From: an uncultured virus (IMG/VR IMGVR_UViG_3300008261_000059)
Taxonomy: Duplodnaviria > Heunggongvirae > Uroviricota > Caudoviricetes
IMG/VR virus record: IMGVR_UViG_3300008261_000059
Location: 1 to 64,000 of that record
Length of the DNA: 64,000 nt
Strand: one strand, 5' to 3'
This document shows positions 48,786-57,570 of this stretch, piece by piece (position 1 is the stretch's first letter; every line of letters starts with the position of its first letter). A program made the position numbers and the translations under genes. The notes under the pieces were generated by a model, which worked only from the letters and a program-made list of their open reading frames with translations, made no database searches and was not told the origin of the DNA.

Positions 48786-49604
48786 TCAATAAATGGCAAT
48801 CAGTTCTTTAACTTTTCCCCTTGATTCGGAACTAGCACCAACACTCCTATTCACATCAACTTCAATTATCTTTCTTGCATCACAGTAAAGTTCTCTTGCT
48901 CTCTCTACATCATGATTGCTGATGATTACTTTTGCTCCTTGACTTTTGAGATACTTTGCAAGTTCAACCAATCGTATTTGGTCTGAATCAGTAAATCCCT
49001 CGGTATGATAATCTGTAAAATTAGATGTTTCACTCAATGGAATGTAAGGTGGGTCAAAATAAACAACAGTTTTCTCATTGATGTTTTGATACAACTTCAT
49101 TTCAGAGAAATCAAGAGAGTGCATGTATAATTGATTCTTCTCTCTCATTGTGTTGGTGAAGTTAATCATTTCAGTTCTTGGGAAAGTCACACTCTTATAC
49201 TTTCCAAAGGGAACATTATACTTACCTTGTTTGTTGTATCGAGTCAATCCATTGAAACTATGTTTGTTGAGATAGACAAATAATGCAGACTTTTCTCTGC
49301 TATCTGCAGTTTCATTGAACAGTTCTCGATTTCTATAGAAAACTACTTCATCATTTCCATCAATAAAGTAAGATTCACAATAGTCAATGAAGTCATTGCC
49401 TTCTGAAATCAAATACTGATAAGTCCGAATCAAATCATTGTTTGCGTCATTGATAACAATGACTGGGCAATCCACAATGTTCAGTGATACACTTGCTGCA
49501 CCACTGAACGGTTCAATAAATTGAGTTGGATACCCAATAATAGGAATAAGTTGGGGCAGGAGTCTAAACTTACCACCTGCCCACTTTAGAAAAGGTTTAT
49601 TCAT
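48786..49604 (-). CDS. dam: DNA adenine methyltransferase, Dam/D12 class
   Basis: KPFLKWAGGK, motif I FIEPFSGAASV, INDAN, YLNKHSFNGLTRYNKQGKYNVPFGKY, catalytic YFDPPY, FTDY, IISN. Confidence 0.92.
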   Translation of the reverse strand: MNKPFLKWAGGKFRLLPQLIPIIGYPTQFIEPFSGAASVSLNIVDCPVIVINDANNDLIRTYQYLISEGNDFIDYCESYFIDGNDEVVFYRNRELFNETADSREKSALFVYLNKHSFNGLTRYNKQGKYNVPFGKYKSVTFPRTEMINFTNTMREKNQLYMHSLDFSEMKLYQNINEKTVVYFDPPYIPLSETSNFTDYHTEGFTDSDQIRLVELAKYLKSQGAKVIISNHDVERARELYCDARKIIEVDVNRSVGASSESRGKVKELIAIY

Positions 49605-49606
49605 TT

Positions 49607-50254
49607 TTATCCAGAGATACTTCTACCAAAATCAGCACGCAAATAAAATGCCATACCCTTATCATTAAGGGTTACACCTGTAAAATCACAAGGAGTATAA
49701 CCACCTTTTTTCCGTTGAGATGCTTTTGTACGAATTTGCATCAACATGTTGGGTCCATTTATAGTGTGAGTTGGTTTACCTTTATTTGGACCCTTCTCAT
49801 TTACAAACCCAAGTTCATCCAATTCCACACCACGTTCGTATGCAAGTCTGATATTATCGCAAATAAAATTATAATCCTCACGAAGTTTATGATAATGCTC
49901 TGGGTCAACTTCTTCATTGAGAAGTGTAGTCCCCAAATACTCATTTTCCTTCGAAAATGAAATGTAAATAACTTGCTTCAGTTTTTCTCCAACTTTACTT
50001 TCTTCAAAAGAAACTTTATCTTCGATGATTTCAGAAAGACAATGTTTCATTTGAGTTATAGCAATCGTTTCACCAACAGTAAAAGTTTTTAGTTCACCGT
50101 CAATCATATCAGTGAGTTCGGAATTGTTTTCCATTCCCAACGCATTTTGGATAATTTGACCACGAGAACCTTTATTCTTTGTTGGTTTGCCAAACCCCTT
50201 AAAGTCAGTGACTTTTAGTTTAGCAACAACTTGAACAGTGGAGAGTTTTTGCAT
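49607..50254 (-). CDS. MutH/Sau3AI-family endonuclease
   Basis: NKGSRGQIIQNALG, D..DGELKT, FEESKVGEKL, LREDYNFI, LMQIRTKA and AFYLRADF align with MutH motifs; start MQKLST lies downstream of the promoter. Confidence 0.8.
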   Translation of the reverse strand: MQKLSTVQVVAKLKVTDFKGFGKPTKNKGSRGQIIQNALGMENNSELTDMIDGELKTFTVGETIAITQMKHCLSEIIEDKVSFEESKVGEKLKQVIYISFSKENEYLGTTLLNEEVDPEHYHKLREDYNFICDNIRLAYERGVELDELGFVNEKGPNKGKPTHTINGPNMLMQIRTKASQRKKGGYTPCDFTGVTLNDKGMAFYLRADFGRSISG

Positions 50255-50274
50255 GTCTCTTTGTGTATGAATAC

Positions 50275-50333
50275 ACTGTAACCGATTCCCAGGCAAAAGT
50301 CAAGGGGGTTGTGCCACCAGTTCAACTGGCACA
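50275..50333 (-). promoter_or_regulatory. Early promoter with palindromic element driving mutH-like/dam
   Basis: tgtgcca-N10-tggcaca at 50310-50333; TTGACT-N17-TACAGT. Confidence 0.8.
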
Positions 50334-50347
50334 TGGACTCCCAAGAC

Positions 50348-50512
50348 TCAACTGAGATTGCTTATGTATTTCTTCAGAAGATGTTTACCCTTATCAACAT
50401 CAAATCTACGTTCAAACAGTTCCATAAGTTCTAACACTAGGTCAGCATATACAACTGGAACTCGAATATGTTTAGTTTCACCTGATTTGGGAAACTTTTT
50501 ACTAAAAGGCAT
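50348..50512 (-). CDS. Small protein, possible ribbon-helix-helix DNA-binding
   Basis: MPFSKKFPKSGETKHIRVPVVYADLVLELMELFERR..., read manually. Confidence 0.5.
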   Translation of the reverse strand: MPFSKKFPKSGETKHIRVPVVYADLVLELMELFERRFDVDKGKHLLKKYISNLS

Positions 50513-50544
50513 TACAATCTATGCGTGACACATAGAGATTTATA

Positions 50545-50832
50545 TTACTTCTTGTCTTTAATTCCGTATTCTTGCTTGATTTCTTGTCTAATATCATTTC
50601 TCAATCTATCAACATGCTTCACATACTCTTTATGTTCATCTTCTTCACGTTTTTGCTCTGCATCATGCTCTTTCTTTTCTTGTTCTTGCTCCCTCTGCTT
50701 CATAAATCTTTTCTTTCTGTTTTCAATATCATCAGACTGCCTTTGTCTTGCTGCTGCAACTTTTGAAGCATAAACCTTTCTGTATGATTTTGCTTCTTCT
50801 AGTTGTTGGAGAAATTGGGCAAAGGTTTTCAT
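50545..50832 (-). CDS. Probable internal head protein with capsid-targeting-like N-terminus
   Basis: MKTFAQFLQQLEEAK resembles the T4 internal-protein targeting peptide; late promoter CTAAATA at 50859-50865. Confidence 0.55.
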   Translation of the reverse strand: MKTFAQFLQQLEEAKSYRKVYASKVAAARQRQSDDIENRKKRFMKQREQEQEKKEHDAEQKREEDEHKEYVKHVDRLRNDIRQEIKQEYGIKDKK

Positions 50833-50861
50833 TGAAAAAAAAAAAGAAAATCTATGGGTAT

Positions 50862-52100
50862 TTAGGCAGCAACAACCTCACCTTTCACAAATACAGTGTC
50901 AATGACACTCTGAAGTTGCCGAGCAATCCTATCTCCATAGTTGTTATTCACAGGAATAGTGATAGTACCAAAGGGTTTCTTGTAGAAAGCAAACTCACCT
51001 GCTTTCATCTTACCCTCTGCGATTGCTTGACGGTCATCACGGTGCATACGGATAACCCTTCCGATTGTTTGGCACATTTCAATCATAGGAAGATTACGCA
51101 GCATAATGCAATGAGTCAAACCTTGAACGTTGATACCTTCAGACAGAATGCTGTAGTGAAATACAATGAACTTCTTGTCTGGGTCAGCACCAAAATCACT
51201 CATCTTCTCAAAGAATACTTCACGAGACACTTTGGTTTTGTCGATGTAAGCACCATGCTTGGAAGTGATATGCATAATCGTGTAACCCATATCATTGAGT
51301 TGTTGAAGCAAATCACTTTCAGTGAACATTGCCCAAATTACTTTGGTGCTCGGTGCAGCAACAAGAACTTTAGGTGCATCACAATCAGAAATACCAGACA
51401 GGATACCTACAATGTTCTCTGCATCTACAAAAGGTGCATTTTCCTTTGTGCGAATCGTTTGTGCTTCATAAGGCACAACCCGAGGAGGAATAATACTGCC
51501 TGCTTCAATCAATTCTTTAGCAGGAATACTGATGATATTATTACCATAAACATCAGTATTGTTCATAGACTCCATACTGTTATTGAACTTCGGAGTTGCA
51601 GTGAAGAAATAAGCATTATCTGCAACTGCTGAAGTGTGAGCAATGCCCACAAAGTTAGATGGTTTCACACAGTGGTGTGCTTCATCAAAATACACCACAT
51701 CAATGTTAATTTCTGCTTCATTCACCCGACCAATGGAATTGTAAGTGGTGAAAATGAATTGATGCTTGCCACTTCCGATTGCTGTGTCATTGTATTCTGC
51801 AATGACTGCTGGACGTGTAGAGGATTGATGATGAGTTTCACCACTGTGAACGTGCATATAAGCAATGTTTTGCTCTTTGAGATATTGTTCAAACTCCGAA
51901 CAGAGTTGATTTGCAAGCAGGATTCGAGGTGCAACAACAACAAACGTCATCGGTTCTTTTGCGTTAAGAACACGTTGACGGGCATCTTCCATCATCACAA
52001 CAGTCTTCCCACCACCAGTAGGAATATACACTGAACCCCTGATTGCTTTCTGCACAGCATCAAGAGCACGTTGTTGATAAGGAAGAAGAGTCAGCATCAA
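50862..52100 (-). CDS. SF2 (DEAD/DEAH-box, ResIII-like) helicase
   Basis: LLPYQQRA, IPTGGGKT, VVAPRILLANQ, FTTYNS, FDEAHH, FTATP, ILSEGINV, QTIGRVIR. Confidence 0.9.
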   Translation of the reverse strand: MMLTLLPYQQRALDAVQKAIRGSVYIPTGGGKTVVMMEDARQRVLNAKEPMTFVVVAPRILLANQLCSEFEQYLKEQNIAYMHVHSGETHHQSSTRPAVIAEYNDTAIGSGKHQFIFTTYNSIGRVNEAEINIDVVYFDEAHHCVKPSNFVGIAHTSAVADNAYFFTATPKFNNSMESMNNTDVYGNNIISIPAKELIEAGSIIPPRVVPYEAQTIRTKENAPFVDAENIVGILSGISDCDAPKVLVAAPSTKVIWAMFTESDLLQQLNDMGYTIMHITSKHGAYIDKTKVSREVFFEKMSDFGADPDKKFIVFHYSILSEGINVQGLTHCIMLRNLPMIEMCQTIGRVIRMHRDDRQAIAEGKMKAGEFAFYKKPFGTITIPVNNNYGDRIARQLQSVIDTVFVKGEVVAA

Positions 52101-52122
52101 TCAATCACGTTTGTATTCATAC

Positions 52123-52181
52123 AGTATAGCACCCCTCCCGTGGAATCGGGAAGAGTGCTGGACAGTTCCACAAGTGGCATG
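52123..52181 (-). promoter_or_regulatory. Early promoter with palindromic element
   Basis: ctggaca-N10-tggcatg at 52158-52181; -10 TGcTATACT 29 bp away. Confidence 0.75.
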
Positions 52182-52187
52182 AGTCTA

Positions 52188-52532
52188 CTAAGACTCCAAC
52201 CATTCATAAAACTCAGAAATAGTCGGGAGTTCTTCCCCCTTCTCCATTGCAATTTGACACATTAAATCATACATCTCAATCTCTGCTTCATCAAGTTGTT
52301 GATAAAACTCTTCATTATCTTGTTCTGGTTCATGATAATGATGAACTTCTACAACTTGAGATTCTTGTCGAGAAATTGGTACTTGATTATAGGTGGCAAC
52401 TCTTTTGCCACCTGTCATACTCAATGCTGCAGTTTGAGCATCAACATAGTTGAAACTCCCAGGAACTTTAACAGTCTCATAAATTCCAGTTTGAGTAACA
52501 ATCTGTATCTCCCATTCCCAATCTGACATCAA
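52188..52532 (-). CDS. Hypothetical protein
   Basis: Track ORF on the coding strand. Confidence 0.6.
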   Translation of the reverse strand: MMSDWEWEIQIVTQTGIYETVKVPGSFNYVDAQTAALSMTGGKRVATYNQVPISRQESQVVEVHHYHEPEQDNEEFYQQLDEAEIEMYDLMCQIAMEKGEELPTISEFYEWLES

Positions 52533-52711
52533 ATAAACTCCGCAAGGTAATAATCAACAGTTACTTCGAGTTCTGCTGCTTTCCTTTCAATTTCCATTGC
52601 ATACTCATCTGCAAACTCATCGGAGTTATCATTACAAAAGAGGTCAAGAGTAGATTCATGCATCGTGTTTATCTTCCGAATTAAGTGAATGAAGGCAATA
52701 ATTAAATCCAA
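52529..52711 (-). CDS. Small acidic cyanophage protein
   Basis: C-terminal EIERKAAELEVTVDYYLAEFI; true start probably at MHESTL. Confidence 0.6.
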   Translation of the reverse strand: MDLIIAFIHLIRKINTMHESTLDLFCNDNSDEFADEYAMEIERKAAELEVTVDYYLAEFI

Positions 52712-52753
52712 GGGATAACCCCAACAAAACCAAGTAGACTAAAAAATAAGTCA

Positions 52754-53134
52754 TCAGAACTCAATGGGTTCCAGTGTCGGTTTGGCAAATCCTAACTCAC
52801 TTGGACAAACCTTTACAAACTCATCAGTTCCAGGAACTTGCTTATAGCAGTTCAAAGAACCCTCAAGTTTCTTATTGAGTTCAGGATTGACTTTATCAAC
52901 GTCCACAGACTCATTATATTCATCTGCAGGAGTGCTGTCAACACTCTCAAAGATAATCAGGTTGATACAAGCATCCTTTGCATCTTTGAGAGTCTTAGAA
53001 ACGTGCTGGGGAGTGTCTACAACATCAGCAACAATCCACTTCGATGCAGATGCTTTACGAATGAATCCAACTGTATTAGAATCCTTCTGAACTTCGTAGA
53101 TACCAGCAGACAGACGGGGAAAGGTGATGGTCAT
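52754..53134 (-). CDS. Hypothetical protein
   Basis: Track ORF MTITFPRLSAGIYEV. Confidence 0.6.
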   Translation of the reverse strand: MTITFPRLSAGIYEVQKDSNTVGFIRKASASKWIVADVVDTPQHVSKTLKDAKDACINLIIFESVDSTPADEYNESVDVDKVNPELNKKLEGSLNCYKQVPGTDEFVKVCPSELGFAKPTLEPIEF

Positions 53135-53166
53135 AATGAAGTATGATTGATTAAGTTAAGTGTGAA

Positions 53167-53415
53167 TCAGTAGCAGTATTCAGGAAGAATACAGAAAGAA
53201 GCACAGAACTTACGAACCCAGTTCAAGGTATCAGCATAGCAACGGGGTTCAGATACTATTGTGCTCACATTCTTACGAGGATTGTAAGCAACAGCAACAT
53301 ACTTATAGCAATCAGGAGATTCCTCAATCTCTTGAATCCACATCTGATTCACATTACCATCGTGCCAATCCCAACGAGATGTGGTGTAGTTAAAGACGGT
53401 ATTGAGGTCTACCAA
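53167..53415 (-). CDS. Hypothetical early protein
   Basis: TTG start with GGAG ribosome-binding site, immediately after the promoter. Confidence 0.6.
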   Translation of the reverse strand: MVDLNTVFNYTTSRWDWHDGNVNQMWIQEIEESPDCYKYVAVAYNPRKNVSTIVSEPRCYADTLNWVRKFCASFCILPEYCY

Positions 53416-53441
53416 GTGGTCTCCTTTGCTTGTGTCCCTGT

Positions 53442-53500
53442 ATTATAGGGCATCGGGGGGTGCCACGGGACTTTACAGTGCCACCTCTACAAGTGGCACA
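53442..53500 (-). promoter_or_regulatory. Early promoter with palindromic element
   Basis: Palindrome at 53477-53500; -10 TATAAT 29 bp away. Confidence 0.8.
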
Positions 53501-53730
53501 TCAGTATCATAAACCGATTCCCTTGATGTCACATATTCCAGTTGATTCCACTGATTGTGATAGCACAGAACAAGAAGGTGGTCTTTCTTATGGAATGAAC
53601 CTCTATTGCAGACCTTATCTTTAACTGCAATTTCTATAGAAATATATTCCTCATCTTTGAAATATACCCATCCTTCCATATGTTTCCATTTTACATAATC
53701 ATTAACTTTGGGATTGTAATGAAATGGCAT
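53473..53730 (-). CDS. Conserved cyanophage hypothetical protein
   Basis: YNPKVNDYVKW..EGWVYF..EYISIEIAVKDK..HLLVLCY..WNQLEYV. Confidence 0.65.
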   Translation of the reverse strand: MPFHYNPKVNDYVKWKHMEGWVYFKDEEYISIEIAVKDKVCNRGSFHKKDHLLVLCYHNQWNQLEYVTSRESVYDTDVPLVEVAL

Positions 53731-53764
53731 TTGGCAATTAAGTAATCTCTTTTAATTTATACAG

Positions 53765-53971
53765 TCATTTGACATTACAATCTGGATGCCAACCTGCTTG
53801 ACGTTCGCACCAAGTTTCAAGAGAATTGCTCGGAGGATGCTTTAGTCTTTCAATTCCTGCTTTTTTATCGTAAGCATCAAACATCTTTTGGTCACGTTTA
53901 ATTAGAAATGCATTCCAACCAAGAATAGCAATGAAAGCAAGAAAGATGTAAGTGGTAGTTTTAGAGTTCAT
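53765..53971 (-). CDS. Small membrane protein
   Basis: N-terminal hydrophobic segment; C-terminal WHPDC. Confidence 0.6.
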   Translation of the reverse strand: MNSKTTTYIFLAFIAILGWNAFLIKRDQKMFDAYDKKAGIERLKHPPSNSLETWCERQAGWHPDCNVK

Positions 53972-54372
53972 TTGTAGAGATAACCTCCTGCCCAGTCGGC
54001 ACGTTGATACATTTCTTGACGAGACTTCTCATCAACAAGATTAAACCTTACACCGTTCTTTGCAGGTGTTTTCCAAGATGCAGACTTATACACATCACCA
54101 GTGTTCAAGTCAACAAATGCGTGAGCACTACGTTGAGGAGTATGCATCACAATTCTTGCATACTTTCTTCCTTTCTCATAAGTGAAAGTATAGATTCCTT
54201 CACCTTCACAGAGTTTATCGATTTGCTCTTGATGCCACTCTTTAGTTTCTGGGTCATCAAGAAACTTTCGGTGACTTTCAATCGCATAATTTTGATAATT
54301 AGTGCGAAGAACATCGCAGTATTGTTGAATCAAATCAAGGATTTGTTCTTGCACTAGAGTTGTGTTGTTCAT
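53968..54372 (-). CDS. Conserved T4-like phage protein
   Basis: GRKYARIV, SAHAFVDLNTGDVYKSASWKTPAKNGVRFNL, ADWAGGYLYK. Confidence 0.75.
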   Translation of the reverse strand: MNNTTLVQEQILDLIQQYCDVLRTNYQNYAIESHRKFLDDPETKEWHQEQIDKLCEGEGIYTFTYEKGRKYARIVMHTPQRSAHAFVDLNTGDVYKSASWKTPAKNGVRFNLVDEKSRQEMYQRADWAGGYLYK

Positions 54373-54529
54373 CCGTTGTTTAACTCGTTTGTAATGACTT
54401 CAATTCTTTTGATTTTATCAGTGAGTGATTTGATTTTAGCAACTACAAAATCATAATCATCTTGTGTCTTGCCCATCAATGCCTCATCAATTCTTTCAAA
54501 GGCAGCAGCAGTTTGAATTGTTAGTTTCA

Positions 54530-54811
54530 TCAATCAGTAAGTCCCACTTCTTCGTAAATTGACATACCTTTACGCATACGAATGTAGTCATCAATCATCT
54601 CACCGACTTGTTCGTAAATGTAGGAAGAACCACCTACATCACACAGCACATCTTCACTGAGAACTTTAGAGAAACGCACTTCATTATCGTTAGCATCAAA
54701 CTCAAAAACATCCTCTTGAGTATATACAAACGCAGCACAACCTGCGTCTTCACCTTGTTGTTCAATCAGTAGGTTGATTGAATCACGGAGTTGGGAAAGG
54801 GTGCGATACAT
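54530..54811 (-). CDS. Hypothetical acidic protein
   Basis: RTLSQLRDSINLLIEQQGEDAGCAAFVYTQEDV. Confidence 0.6.
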   Translation of the reverse strand: MYRTLSQLRDSINLLIEQQGEDAGCAAFVYTQEDVFEFDANDNEVRFSKVLSEDVLCDVGGSSYIYEQVGEMIDDYIRMRKGMSIYEEVGLTD

Positions 54812-54986
54812 AATCAGAAAGAAATGTAAGGGTGCTCTGGGTCAAGAACTTGAGTAGTTTCATTGGAGAAATGAAAACCATTCATCGGACAAAACTCATC
54901 ATTGCCAATATCATAGATTGCCACATCCATCTTCAACTGCTCCAGAGTTAGAGTCTGAAGAATCTCCAGAAGATTTTGATAAGTCA

Positions 54987-55109
54987 TCAGATTACTTTAA
55001 GTTTGCGTTTGATGTGTTGAAGTGCTTGTTTTCTTGCTTTAAGTTTGCCTTTGCAAGAACCTTTGGTGTTTTTACGTTTTCCTGAATTGTGTTGCCAATT
55101 CGGTGTCAT
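54987..55109 (-). CDS. Small basic early protein (40 aa)
   Basis: MTPNWQHNSGKRKNTKG...ARKQALQHIKRKLKVI; GGAGG ribosome-binding site after the promoter. Confidence 0.6.
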   Translation of the reverse strand: MTPNWQHNSGKRKNTKGSCKGKLKARKQALQHIKRKLKVI

Positions 55110-55132
55110 TCCTCCCCTTTGCTTGTCTCCAT

Positions 55133-55191
55133 AGTATAACACCCCTCCAGGGGTTTGGAGAGGTGTTAGGGACAGTGCTACAAGTGGCACA
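55133..55191 (-). promoter_or_regulatory. Early promoter with palindromic element
   Basis: agggaca-N10-tggcaca at 55168-55191; -10 TGtTATACT 29 bp away. Confidence 0.75.
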
Positions 55192-55352
55192 CTGACTATT
55201 TTTTGAGAGTCTTTGTTTCTAATCCTTTGACAACCATTCCTTTCTTAATCATTTTCATCATTGCTTCTTGTGCCGATTCAAGTTGAAAATAACAAGCAAA
55301 CTTGGTCTCACCCATAAACTCATACTCTACAGTATAGAATTCATTATCAAGT

Positions 55353-55829
55353 TTAGGCATAGCAATACTCTTTCCATTCTGGAACGTTTGCTCTATCCAA
55401 TGAGAAAAGCATCTTATTGAATGGTTTTCTTGGAACAGATTGAAGAACTAAATTAGTATCTTCTAGAAGTTTATCACTCTTTCTAGTGTTGCAAGGCATA
55501 CAAGCAACAACGAGATTTTCCCAAGTATCTTGACCACCACGAGAACGTGGAATGATGTGGTCAATGGTTAGTTCCTTTGTTGAACCACAATACTGACATT
55601 TATGACCATCACGTTTATAAATCATTGTTCTTGATGGTTTATTTTGGGAGAGTTTCTCGTATGGCAACTTAATATAATTAACCAAACGGATGACTCTTTT
55701 ACCGAGTGCCTGTGCTTTATTTTTCATAAGCAGCACAATTGCTCTCTTCCAATTAGTGAAGTTAATTGGTTCATAAGATGCGTTTAGAACAAGTATTGTT
55801 TGATTTGGTTCAATTTTTAAGTAGTCCAT
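55353..55829 (-). CDS. HNH endonuclease (McrA-like, cyanobacterial type)
   Basis: LVLNASYEP, IYKRDGHKCQYCG, LTIDHIIPRSRGGQDTWENLVVACMPCNTRK. Confidence 0.9.
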   Translation of the reverse strand: MDYLKIEPNQTILVLNASYEPINFTNWKRAIVLLMKNKAQALGKRVIRLVNYIKLPYEKLSQNKPSRTMIYKRDGHKCQYCGSTKELTIDHIIPRSRGGQDTWENLVVACMPCNTRKSDKLLEDTNLVLQSVPRKPFNKMLFSLDRANVPEWKEYCYA

Positions 55830-55878
55830 CGACCGTTTTGTGAGTTTGTAATTGGGGAGATTCTACCTCCCTTTATAT

Positions 55879-56649
55879 CTAGATGTCAAAGAATAAATCT
55901 GGATTGCATCCAGTGTTTTGACCAGGATAACCACCAGGATTACAAATCACTCGGCAACCTTCAATCATATAATCAAAAGCATTGTGAGTATGACCGTGAA
56001 CCCAGTATTTGATTTGTGGATGATTTAGAATAAGAGTATCAAGATTACTACAATAAGCACCATTTGCATTCTTTTTGTATTCCTGCGGAATAGATTGATA
56101 ACTCGGTGCGTGGTGACTGATGACAAATACGTTTTCATTCAGTGTTTGTAGTTGATTCAACAGATACTTCTTACTATCCTTGTGAAAGTTGAGAGTATCA
56201 GTTGGATTCAGTTTCCGATACTTCGGAGTGATACGAATAACTTTATAGTCATTCATACACTGTGCTGCTTCCATCATCTCTAGAGCATTTTCATCTCTAA
56301 AGTCTGTCCACAGAGTGAAACCTATAAAGTTCCAGTCTTCAATTTTAACTGTATCATTGTCAAGGATTTGGAAATTATGAGGAAGATGCTCTTTTATCTT
56401 TCTCTTTGCACCTTCATAGTTGTATCCATAGTATTCATGATTTCCAAATACATAAAGAACTTTATCATAGTTCTTACTGCAATCATTCAGGAATCTGTCA
56501 TAGACTGCGTGGATATAACCATCAGTCTTGAAATGCTTGGCATTGAGAATGTCTCCAGCAAGAACTAGAACATCACCTTCACCAACAGGATATACCTGAC
56601 AGGCAGTAAAATGCTCCAGGTGCAAATCACTTAAAACTTTGAGTTTCAT
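55879..56649 (-). CDS. Calcineurin-like metallophosphoesterase
   Basis: SDLHLE, LAGDI, GNHEYY, TLWTD, SHHAP, HGHTH, CNP.GY. Confidence 0.9.
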   Translation of the reverse strand: MKLKVLSDLHLEHFTACQVYPVGEGDVLVLAGDILNAKHFKTDGYIHAVYDRFLNDCSKNYDKVLYVFGNHEYYGYNYEGAKRKIKEHLPHNFQILDNDTVKIEDWNFIGFTLWTDFRDENALEMMEAAQCMNDYKVIRITPKYRKLNPTDTLNFHKDSKKYLLNQLQTLNENVFVISHHAPSYQSIPQEYKKNANGAYCSNLDTLILNHPQIKYWVHGHTHNAFDYMIEGCRVICNPGGYPGQNTGCNPDLFFDI

Positions 56650-56664
56650 AATGAGTAGGAATAA

Positions 56665-56738
56665 CGTTTCAGGAGGGACTCGAACCCCCGACCAACTGCT
56701 TAGAAGGCAGATGCTCTATCCAACTGAGCTACTGAAAC
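56665..56738 (-). tRNA. tRNA-Arg (anticodon UCU)
   Basis: GTTTCAG/CTGAAAC acceptor stem, TAGCTCAGTTGGATAGAGC D-arm, anticodon loop CT-TCT-AA, GGTTCGAGTCCC T-arm; no encoded CCA. Confidence 0.95.
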
Positions 56739-56822
56739 AAATGCCCTCCTGTTTGTGCATTATTAAGAGGCATGGAGGGGGTGGGACTTATTCAAAGTTT
56801 GGACCTTTGATGCCCGTAAGAA

Positions 56823-57074
56823 TTAACCGTTGAGGACTTGAGATTCAGAATCCTCTGGGTCAAGTTTATTTAGCACAAACTGAATCGGGTTCAATTTCTT
56901 TTGGATTTCACTTTCAATTTCACGGAAAGTGCCAACCAGTGCCTCAAGAAGTTCAGAACCAGTCAAATCTTCATAGTCGCAGTCATCAAAGACGTTTTCT
57001 TGAAAATACTCAACAAGTTGGTCTTGAAGATTTTCAACCATTTGACGAGATGCAGACTTGTTGCGACGTGCCAT
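56823..57074 (-). CDS. Hypothetical protein with TGSELL motif
   Basis: Track ORF. Confidence 0.6.
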   Translation of the reverse strand: MARRNKSASRQMVENLQDQLVEYFQENVFDDCDYEDLTGSELLEALVGTFREIESEIQKKLNPIQFVLNKLDPEDSESQVLNG

Positions 57075-57113
57075 AATAAAAGTTAGTTGGTTAAGAAATT
57101 AACGAATCAAAAA

Positions 57114-57338
57114 TCAGACGTAAGTTACAGTACCATCAGCATCAGTGAGGGAAACATAACCATCATCTTCAGAATCCACAGGTTCAGAATAGTTCTCAAG
57201 CACAGTGGAATCATAATTATCCAGTGCTTCAAGAAGTTCAGCACCAGTTTCTGCTTTAGTCAGATTGGCAATCAGTTGAGCACCAGCAGGGTTGGTATCA
57301 ACGATTTCAGAAGCAAGTGCAATCAGTTTAGCAGACAT
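57114..57338 (-). CDS. Acidic protein with TGAELL motif
   Basis: LIANLTKAETGAELLEALDNY. Confidence 0.65.
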   Translation of the reverse strand: MSAKLIALASEIVDTNPAGAQLIANLTKAETGAELLEALDNYDSTVLENYSEPVDSEDDGYVSLTDADGTVTYV

Positions 57339-57570
57339 TTAATAAAAAGTCAAGTGAACAAAAAGTGAGTAACTTTAGGGCAAACTCATTCCCCAAAGTC
57401 AAGCACCTACAGGATGCTCAACCTCGATTTCATCTTCGTCACCGAGACCAAGTTGAAGATTTACATAATCTTCATAATCAACATGGAGAAACTTTTTAGC
57501 AAAGTCCTCGTAATCATCGTGAAGAATACAAGTGTCAATCATCTTGAAACCTCCTTGACTTGATGAATAC

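Noticed and set aside
50835..50845. 11-nt A run as a phase-variable tract
   Set aside because: It lies in a 5' untranslated spacer, does not alter a frame, and may be a homopolymer length error
50748..52034. 294-aa and 132-aa + strand ORFs
   Set aside because: Antisense shadows of the helicase gene
55353..55829. HNH gene as an intron- or intein-associated homing element
   Set aside because: Free-standing, flanking genes are intact, no group I intron core seen
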